Below the pieces are notes generated by a model. That model had not been told where the DNA came from. It was given only the letters and a program-made list of their open reading frames with translations, and searched no databases. A stretch of 64,000 bases of DNA from Candidatus Falkowbacteria bacterium (GTDB taxonomy: Bacteria; Patescibacteriota; Patescibacteriia; Patescibacteriales; UBA12465): positions 11,118 to 75,117 of the forward strand of contig JBAXLJ010000003.1 in NCBI GenBank assembly GCA_037134915.1, given 5' to 3'. Each line of letters starts with the position of its first letter. The first letter of the stretch is position 1. Position numbers and translations under genes: made by a program. Positions 17,443 to 23,933 of this stretch are shown here, piece by piece.

Positions 17443-17471
17443 TTGACAAATATGTTTATATGTTTTAAAAT
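17443..17471 (+). promoter_or_regulatory. Promoter P2 upstream of the Wzz-like gene
   Basis: TTGACA (17443-17448), 17-nt spacer, TAAAAT (17466-17471). Confidence 0.55.
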
Positions 17472-17507
17472 TAGGGGTCAAGTATTCTAATAAAATATCT
17501 ATTAACT

Positions 17508-18380
17508 ATGGACACTAAAGAATTTATCAAGTTAGCTAAAAAGAGAAAAATGACTGTGATTAGTATCACCTTAATTTTTGTAATCATTGGCTTAATCGTG
17601 ACCTTAGCTCAACCTTTAAAATATCGATCAAAATCAAGATTACTGATTTTACAACCTGACACCGCCGCTGATGCTTACGCTGTAGCCAGATCAAACCAAT
17701 ATGTGGGCGGTTTAATTTCTGAAGTTATTTACTCTGGATCATTCCTAGATTCCTTAAACTCTTCAAGTTATGTTTTTAATCGTAACTATTTTAATGGTAC
17801 CTATAAACAGAATATCAAGGAATGGAAAAAAACTGTGTTTGCTAAATCCGGTGGCGATACGGGAGTGATTGATATTGAAATCTATCATACCGACCCCGAG
17901 GAAGCTAGAAAAATTTCACTAGCCGTTAACCAGTTAATTATTTCCGGACAAAGTCCTTATAAATTTAACGCCAACCAGACCAAAATTAGCGTTATTGATG
18001 AACCAGTAGTTTCCTCTTTTCCAGTTAAACCTAATATTATTCTTAATTTAGGTTTAGGTTTGTTATTCGGTTTTTTATCTGGCTGTTCTTATATTTATTT
18101 ATTTCCTAAAGAAAGGTTATCAGAGAAAATGGCTAAAGAGCTATTTGGCCAAGAAAGGGTTAGTCAGGCACCAAATTTTAAGGTCGCTGAACCCGCTTTT
18201 ATGCCAGAAACTACGGTAAGTAATTATCAACCAGAAATGGTTCCGGTTAATCTACCAATTTATTCTCAAGAAACCGAAGAATTACCTCATATTATTTCTG
18301 AAGTAGCGGAAATTCCACAACCTAGTTTTAAGACATCTTTTAACTTTAAAGGTAATATCAGTAATGTCCTAGGAGAATAA
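17508..18380 (+). CDS. Wzz-like polysaccharide chain-length determinant protein
   Basis: 290 aa. N-terminal Wzz pattern (EFIKLAKKRKMTVISITLIFVIIGLIVTLAQPLKYRSKSRLLI). Second TM near residue 180 (ILNLGLGLLFGFLSGCSYIYLF). Confidence 0.65.
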   Translation: MDTKEFIKLAKKRKMTVISITLIFVIIGLIVTLAQPLKYRSKSRLLILQPDTAADAYAVARSNQYVGGLISEVIYSGSFLDSLNSSSYVFNRNYFNGTYKQNIKEWKKTVFAKSGGDTGVIDIEIYHTDPEEARKISLAVNQLIISGQSPYKFNANQTKISVIDEPVVSSFPVKPNIILNLGLGLLFGFLSGCSYIYLFPKERLSEKMAKELFGQERVSQAPNFKVAEPAFMPETTVSNYQPEMVPVNLPIYSQETEELPHIISEVAEIPQPSFKTSFNFKGNISNVLGE

Positions 18381-18468
18381 TTTATTCTCCTTAAGACTTG
18401 AGCGCCGAAACGAAATTTCGACCCTCGAATCTTAAAACGTAATTTAACAACTAAAAAAATAATAAATC
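18371..18468 (+). promoter_or_regulatory. Left copy of a ~100-nt two-hairpin leader element, preceding the 18469 gene
   Basis: Palindrome AGGAGAA-N7-TTCTCCT (18371-18391). It shares TTCTCCTTAAGACTT (18385-18399), a 27-nt hairpin (18400-18426), GAATCTTAAAA (18427-18437) and TTTAACAA (18443-18450) with the reverse complement of 21517-21619, in the same order and nearly the same spacing. Confidence 0.7.
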
Positions 18469-19305
18469 ATGAAAAAAACTCTCGTTTTTGCGTTTTTAAT
18501 GGTCCTAGTATTAGGTGCCAGCGCTCAAGAATTAATTCTGATTGGTGGTGGCGGTTTAAGTAAAACTGATACTATCTCGACCGGGAATTACGGCTTTGCG
18601 CAAGCACGGCTAATGATTCCTCTTGCTGCCGGACTGAGAATCGGCCCTTACCTGGGCTACGTCCAATATGGTGGTACTGAACTCAACAAAACTCCGCACT
18701 CCGCTTTTTTGGGAAAAGAGTTGAGTTATGGAATATCGTTCGACTCTTACGGGCATCTTTCGTATGCCACGTCGTATTATTTCTGGTTGAATACCGGTGC
18801 GAAACAAGTGTCTGATAAGTTTGAAGACAACTTGTATAAGTCCGACACTAAAACTAAAGAGTTCTTTGCTTCCGGTGGTTTCTTTCTGACCGATGATTGG
18901 TTGGGCTGGTTCGGTAACAACCGCATCATGTTCGACTACCAAAAACCCAGTAGCGCCAAAATTAGCGCGACCTGGAAAGGATCAGCGGTTGCTAGCACTC
19001 CTTATAACAAAGAATCCTTAAGATTATTTTTAGAAAGTGGGGTCAAACGCTTTGGGAATGAAAATTCTCTCAACGTTGAACCATTAATCCACTTGGGTTA
19101 TGGTCAAGATTTTGGTCGCAGCCAAAATTACTACGAAATAGGTGGAGGTCTCGATCTCGGCTTATTCAAGGAATACTATCGGGATGTTTTGAAAGTTAAA
19201 GTTTTTTATCGTAAAGACTTTAGTGGCCAAATACCCGGAACTTTATGCGGGGAGCTAGTTTTCAACGCCTCTTCACTGATACAAGCAATTAGAAAAAACA
19301 AATAA
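18469..19305 (+). CDS. Hypothetical exported protein with outer-membrane beta-barrel-like sequence character
   Basis: 278 aa. Signal peptide ending ASA|QE. Gly/aromatic-rich alternating strands (RIGPYLGYVQYGG, ELSYGISFDSYG, YYFWLNTG, GGFFLTDDWLGWFG, IMFDYQ, YYEIGGGLDLGLF, LKVKVFYRKDF). Local GC is clearly above the window background. No family recognised. Confidence 0.45.
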   Translation: MKKTLVFAFLMVLVLGASAQELILIGGGGLSKTDTISTGNYGFAQARLMIPLAAGLRIGPYLGYVQYGGTELNKTPHSAFLGKELSYGISFDSYGHLSYATSYYFWLNTGAKQVSDKFEDNLYKSDTKTKEFFASGGFFLTDDWLGWFGNNRIMFDYQKPSSAKISATWKGSAVASTPYNKESLRLFLESGVKRFGNENSLNVEPLIHLGYGQDFGRSQNYYEIGGGLDLGLFKEYYRDVLKVKVFYRKDFSGQIPGTLCGELVFNASSLIQAIRKNK

Positions 19306-19321
19306 AAGGAGGGAAAAAGTC

Positions 19322-20266
19322 ATGAAAAAATGGTATGTTATTTTTACAGCAATTATGCTGGTTATTGCATCTGTATTTATTATCAAACAGTGTTCTAATA
19401 CAGATGTTACAGAAAAACAAAAAACCGTCACCGAAGATCCCTGTGCCAAAGAAAAGGCCAGGGCCGACAGTTTACAAGCCGAACTCGACAAGTGTCCTGG
19501 CCGAGTTAAACCAAAGACCGATAAGGAAAGAATAGCTGAACTTGAGAAACAATTAAAGAATTTATCTGGCCGAGGTGGCAGCCGATCTAAAACTGTTAAA
19601 GTTAAAGTGCCAACTGGCGACCTTACTGAAAAAAACTTTAGCAGCGGCGGTTTTGCACCGATTAACTCATCTAAAAGTACAGAAATTATTCCCGGTGGCA
19701 ACGCTACCTTATCGACCACCTTATACGAAGGTGGACTCGAAGGTGACTTTTGCACCACCATTGATGCTACTGGCCACATTGTTTACGCCATGAAAAATAG
19801 CGTTTTCTTAGCCGGTAAGCCAAGTATTCCAGCGCCAAGGTTAAATGGTGAAAATGGTCAGGAAATGCAGTTAGACAAAGAAAGTGGTTGGTGGTTCTAT
19901 GCCGATGGTCGTTTGATTTCTGTTCAAGAAATCAACAATTATCAATACGCCGTGGAATGGAATGTCTATATTGGACAGACCAATTACGGTTCCGGCTCGT
20001 ACCCCACCTACCTCCCACACCAAATGCTGAAGCCTCTCATTAACAAAACAAGAGGTAAAGAATGGGGAGAAATCTCCGATGAAGATCTGACTAAAATGCG
20101 GGCCGAAAATCCCAATATCTGGACAGCCAGTTCTGAAGGTGGTTTACGCCCATTTAGATTAGATAGCGAAAACGGACGCGCTCTGGGCAAAGAAGATCGT
20201 AACCTTTACCAAGGTTGGAACTTCCGGACCCGGATATACGCGCAGAAGAAGACAACAATCAACTAA
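19322..20266 (+). CDS. Hypothetical membrane-anchored protein: N-terminal TM, coiled-coil/basic linker, globular C-domain
   Basis: 314 aa. TM (WYVIFTAIMLVIASVFII). Charged coiled-coil (AKEKARADSLQAELDK...KERIAELEKQLKNL). One of only three strong SD sequences I noted among the start sites I checked in this window (AAGGAGGG, 7 nt before the ATG). No family recognised. Confidence 0.45.
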   Translation: MKKWYVIFTAIMLVIASVFIIKQCSNTDVTEKQKTVTEDPCAKEKARADSLQAELDKCPGRVKPKTDKERIAELEKQLKNLSGRGGSRSKTVKVKVPTGDLTEKNFSSGGFAPINSSKSTEIIPGGNATLSTTLYEGGLEGDFCTTIDATGHIVYAMKNSVFLAGKPSIPAPRLNGENGQEMQLDKESGWWFYADGRLISVQEINNYQYAVEWNVYIGQTNYGSGSYPTYLPHQMLKPLINKTRGKEWGEISDEDLTKMRAENPNIWTASSEGGLRPFRLDSENGRALGKEDRNLYQGWNFRTRIYAQKKTTIN

Positions 20267-20287
20267 TTGATTTAGTCTTCAAATATA

Positions 20288-20317
20288 GGGGCTTCGACAA
20301 TCGAAGCCTCTTTTTTT
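20288..20317 (+). terminator. Rho-independent terminator of the 18469-20266 unit
   Basis: ggcttcga (20290-20297), loop caa, tcgaagcc (20301-20308), then T7 (20311-20317). Confidence 0.8.
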
Positions 20318-20341
20318 ATATAAAAAATAATTTAAGCTATT

Positions 20342-20371
20342 AAAAAACCCCTACTTCTTGCGAAATAAGGG
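20342..20371 (-). terminator. Rho-independent terminator of the 21516-20398 gene
   Basis: Minus-sense 10-bp stem (20371-20348, with G-U pairs) closed by a GCAA tetraloop. Followed by a U-run (plus-strand A-run 20342-20347). Confidence 0.7.
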
Positions 20372-20397
20372 TCTTTCCAGCATTAGGCTGAATTTTT

Positions 20398-21516
20398 TTA
20401 TCCAAGCTTGACGGTAAAGCCTCCGATTTGAGCTGACTTCAGATTCAAAATCTGGAGTCGTCCACATAATTTATCGGTACTCCAGACAACCGAACCGCTA
20501 ATATCAACACTACCCGATGTACTTAGGGGCCAGAAATCAATTTCCTGACCGTTCGCCATCACTATGTTTACCGTGTAATAATTAGCATCCGAGGAAGCTA
20601 CTAAAGCCACGTTCTGCTGAGTTCCGGAATCAATGGTGTACTTTAAAGTGGCGGTTCCAGAGTTAAATAAGGTTTTCTGAAAATATAAAACCAAATTTTG
20701 AACCCCAGAAACAGTCGTTAAGGTTCCGCGAACTTTAGTATCGCCAAATGAGCCGGGAAGCGAAGCCGTAATCACGTCCTTCGAAATAGCTCCGTCTTTA
20801 ACATATAAGGCATAAAGACCATCAGATTGACGATAAATACTGCTAAGATCATAAGCCCAAACGCTACCGATTAACCAACCAAAACGAACCTTCTGACCAT
20901 TACTTGCAATAAAACTCCACTTGTAATATTTAAGGCCATTTATAGTCGCAATATCCGAAGCTAGTAAAGGGGCATTAGTCCAGGCAATGCTTGGCAGCAT
21001 TTCGTACTGCACCTGAGCATTCTGAGGCGTCGTCGCATTAAAACCGTTAATAATATCAGCTCTTAAACCGAGGGTAATAGTATTAACCCCGGCGCTGGTA
21101 AAAGTGCTGGAAATTACCACAATCGCGGTTTCGCCACTGGGTGTTACCACTACGGCATTTTGAGCTTTTAGATTAAAGGTTTTTGTGACAGCCGGGCTGA
21201 CAGTGTTGTCAACCGCTTTAACTATATAAACTCCTTTAAGAAATTTAGCGGTAACCACATCGCCAGTTACGATCGGCGAATTATTACCAAAATCGAAAGT
21301 AGCCGCTATCTTGGTGCCATTTTTTTCTAAAGTGAAAACCACTAAAGTATTAATAGGCACCATCAGGGTATCACCAGCCAGCGTCGCGCTCGCTGATTTC
21401 AGTTGGTAAACGCCCGTCGCCGGACTTACCGGATCCGGGGTAGTTACACTTTGCGGCCACTTTGTGCAGGAGGCCAACATAACCAAAGACAATAACAAAA
21501 ACAGAAAATTTCTCAT
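20398..21516 (-). CDS. Hypothetical lipoprotein, beta-rich (Ig-like/beta-sandwich character)
   Basis: The ATG at 21516 (MRNFLFLLLSLVMLASC) is preferred over the track's TTG at 21546. Lipobox LASC. T/V/S-rich beta-strand composition. No family recognised. Confidence 0.5.
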   Translation of the reverse strand: MRNFLFLLLSLVMLASCTKWPQSVTTPDPVSPATGVYQLKSASATLAGDTLMVPINTLVVFTLEKNGTKIAATFDFGNNSPIVTGDVVTAKFLKGVYIVKAVDNTVSPAVTKTFNLKAQNAVVVTPSGETAIVVISSTFTSAGVNTITLGLRADIINGFNATTPQNAQVQYEMLPSIAWTNAPLLASDIATINGLKYYKWSFIASNGQKVRFGWLIGSVWAYDLSSIYRQSDGLYALYVKDGAISKDVITASLPGSFGDTKVRGTLTTVSGVQNLVLYFQKTLFNSGTATLKYTIDSGTQQNVALVASSDANYYTVNIVMANGQEIDFWPLSTSGSVDISGSVVWSTDKLCGRLQILNLKSAQIGGFTVKLG

Positions 21517-21619
21517 GATACAAATTTTTATTAAATTGTTAAACAATACTTTTAAGATTCAAGAACCCGAATTTCCTTCCGATTCTTAAGTCTTAAGGAG
21601 AACGAGTCGTTCTCCTTAA
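21517..21619 (-). promoter_or_regulatory. Right (inverted) copy of the two-hairpin leader element, preceding the 21516 gene
   Basis: Palindrome with 13-bp arms at 21593-21619 (core AGGAGAA...TTCTCCT). Blocks aagtcttaaggagaa (21588-21602), ttttaagattc (21550-21560) and ttgttaaa (21536-21543) are reverse complements of the left-copy blocks. 27-nt hairpin at 21561-21587. Confidence 0.7.
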
Positions 21620-21628
21620 AGATAGAAA

Positions 21629-22735
21629 TTATTTTAAAACCTCTTGATACAAGTTAATGGTTTGTTGAGCAATATTATCAGCGTCGTATTCCGTTTTCAC
21701 CCGAGCTAAGGCCTTGGCGCCTAGAGCCGCTAAATCATTGGGGCGGCTTAACATGTCTTGAAGTTTAGCTTTTAAATCTAAGTAATCACCGCTTTTAAAA
21801 GAAACACCGGTGTCACCTAAGGCTTCTAGGTTAGGTTCGATGTCAGAGACTAAGCAAGGCCGGGCGTAAGCCATCCCCTCAAGCAAGGCAAAAGATAAGC
21901 CTTCAGATTCTGAGGGCTGAACAAAGATGGCGGTGTTAGAAAATAATTCTTTAAGAACCGGGCCATTTTGATTACCAGTAAAGATAATATTGGGATTATT
22001 CTGAGCTAAATCATGCAATTCTTTAACATAGTCATCGGTATAAGAACCATCACCGACAATAACTAATTTTTTATCGGTGGTAATTTCCTGATAAGCTTTA
22101 ATTAAGAAATGCACCCCTTTATGTCTGACTAAACGGCCGATATAAGAAATGTAATTATCTTTTGTTAAACCCCACTTAGCTATTTCTTGAGCTGGCACCA
22201 AATCATTTAACTTAGCTGAAGAAGGAATATATACCGGATCGTTATTATATTTTTTCTTGGCATATTTGAGTAGGGAATGAGATGTGATAATCACTTTATC
22301 AGAGAGTAGATTGCCAACTTTCTCACCAAACTTTAAATAGGCTTTAGCAAAAGAGCCCCATTTTTGATGGTAGTAATCCTGACAATGAAAAGTAAAGACA
22401 ATTTTAGTTCGAGGATTCAAAATTCTAGCTAGCCACAACATGGAAGCTGGTCCAATCGATTGGAAATGAATCACGTCATATTTGCGACGCACCAAATCAA
22501 GACAAGCAAAGAGAGTGGCGGTAATAGCATCTAAATTTTTAGAAGGTATGCTCGGCACTGTAATAATTTTAACACCCTGCCATTCCTTTAAATTTTCTGG
22601 ATTATAACTTGAACGGGCATAAACAAAAACTTCATGGCCATTTTTTACCAAGTTAACAGCCAAATCCTCAACCTGGCGTTCAACACCGCCAGTCTTGGTA
22701 GGAATTCCTTTTTGTCCAATAAAAGCAATTTTCAT
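21629..22735 (-). CDS. Glycosyltransferase family 4 (GT-B)
   Basis: 368 aa. MKIAFIGQKGIPTKTGGVERQVEDLA N-terminus. C-terminal EGLSFALLEGMAYARPCLVSD motif. Confidence 0.85.
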   Translation of the reverse strand: MKIAFIGQKGIPTKTGGVERQVEDLAVNLVKNGHEVFVYARSSYNPENLKEWQGVKIITVPSIPSKNLDAITATLFACLDLVRRKYDVIHFQSIGPASMLWLARILNPRTKIVFTFHCQDYYHQKWGSFAKAYLKFGEKVGNLLSDKVIITSHSLLKYAKKKYNNDPVYIPSSAKLNDLVPAQEIAKWGLTKDNYISYIGRLVRHKGVHFLIKAYQEITTDKKLVIVGDGSYTDDYVKELHDLAQNNPNIIFTGNQNGPVLKELFSNTAIFVQPSESEGLSFALLEGMAYARPCLVSDIEPNLEALGDTGVSFKSGDYLDLKAKLQDMLSRPNDLAALGAKALARVKTEYDADNIAQQTINLYQEVLK

Positions 22736-22836
22736 AAGATATAATCTATTTTCTTTCTAATTTATAACTTTATAGTTTAAAACTTTAACTATATTTTGTC
22801 AATAGAACTATATCATAATATACTAATATTGTCAAG

Positions 22837-22861
22837 TAAAAAGCCCCGGGACTCCGAGGCT
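22837..22861 (-). terminator. Terminator downstream of corA
   Basis: Minus-sense agcctcgg/ccggggct, an 8-bp stem (22861-22842) with a 4-nt loop, followed by a short U-run. Confidence 0.55.
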
Positions 22862-22905
22862 ATAAATATACTAATATTAAACAATTTAGCTAACAAAGAC
22901 TGGGA

Positions 22906-23874
22906 TTATATCCATTTCTTTTGATAAAAGATGGAAAGCAAGGATATTAAACCAGCAAACATAATACCTAAAATAATCCAAAAACCATAAGGACTATCAA
23001 TAAAGGGCATGTTCTTAATAGTATTCATGCCAAAAATACCAGCCAGTAAATTCAAAGGTAAAACTAAAACTGAAAAAACAGTTAGAGTTTTCATAATAAT
23101 ATTCATCTTATCATTAAGTAATGATTCATTGGTATCATTTAAGACTTCAACCATTTCTTTTTGTAAATCTAAAATTTCCCAAATCCTCCGAGAATGCTCC
23201 GCCAAGCTTTCGTAATATTTTTTAATGACTTGAGACGAGACTACGCTGCTTTTCATTTCTTGCAAACGCTTTAAAACATTAGTATGATTTTGCATTATCT
23301 TTCGGATATTGATAATATTCCGACGAAGCTCTAAAATCTTGCTCACCGCGTGCTTCTGACTGCCGGAAAAAATAATTTCCTCAACTTCATTAATGTTTAT
23401 ACTATTTTGATCCAAAATATTATAACAATCCTTAATCAAGCGACCAAGTAATTCGTAAAGCAGGACACTGGAGCTTTCATTTTTGTAGGAGAGAAGTAAG
23501 TGAGGATTGTCTTGGCAATAACTATAGAAGTCATTAAGCGGTTTTAGGTTGCCATTGTGTAAAGTGATTAAATAACCATGACCGACAAAAAATTCGATTT
23601 CTCCGGGAACAATTTTATCACCTTTAAAGGTGGGGAAGTGTAAAATTAAAAATAAATAATCTTTTTCGTTTTCTACCATGGGGCGCTGAGCAAAAACAGT
23701 CGCGACTGAGGCTTGGAGATGAGCAATATTGAAACCAAATTTGCTCTGTAAATAATCAATTTCCTTCTTGCCCGCATTAGAAACATTAACCCATGACAGA
23801 GAATAGCTTTTGGTTTTAGGATTATCAATTTTTATTTCCTGGATTTTGTCAGGAATTTTTAAAACTTTAGGCAT
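22906..23874 (-). CDS. corA: CorA-family Mg2+/Co2+ transporter
   Basis: 322 aa. Two C-terminal TM helices with the GMN signature (LLAGIFGMNTIKNMPF). Confidence 0.9.
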   Translation of the reverse strand: MPKVLKIPDKIQEIKIDNPKTKSYSLSWVNVSNAGKKEIDYLQSKFGFNIAHLQASVATVFAQRPMVENEKDYLFLILHFPTFKGDKIVPGEIEFFVGHGYLITLHNGNLKPLNDFYSYCQDNPHLLLSYKNESSSVLLYELLGRLIKDCYNILDQNSININEVEEIIFSGSQKHAVSKILELRRNIINIRKIMQNHTNVLKRLQEMKSSVVSSQVIKKYYESLAEHSRRIWEILDLQKEMVEVLNDTNESLLNDKMNIIMKTLTVFSVLVLPLNLLAGIFGMNTIKNMPFIDSPYGFWIILGIMFAGLISLLSIFYQKKWI

Positions 23875-23933
23875 AATTCTTTTTGACTAAATGCTTTTTT
23901 TATAATAAAATAAGGCTATAAGAAGTATATCAT

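Noticed and set aside
18371-18391. Reading the AGGAGAA...TTCTCCT hairpins simply as intrinsic terminators of the upstream wzz-like and GT4 genes.
   Set aside because: Neither hairpin is followed by a U-run (left: ttaagactt; right, minus sense: ttaagactt). The similarity also extends ~80 nt further, to the next start codon. Simple terminators do not explain the whole element, although a processing or pausing role is not excluded.
18610-20190. Cluster of long overlapping ORFs inside the cassette: 18610-18942(-), 19273-19779(-), 19335-19535(+), 19575-19793(+), 20008-20190(-).
   Set aside because: They are best explained by the locally higher GC, which gives fewer random stops. The translations are Pro/Ser/Leu/Arg-rich with no export signals or start context. 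I use them only as indirect evidence of the compositional shift.
22815-22878. Direct repeat aatatactaatatt (22817-22830 and 22865-22878) flanking the corA terminator.
   Set aside because: It is short and AT-rich, with only two copies, and overlaps putative promoter spacers. I could not connect it to any mobile-element boundary or regulator.
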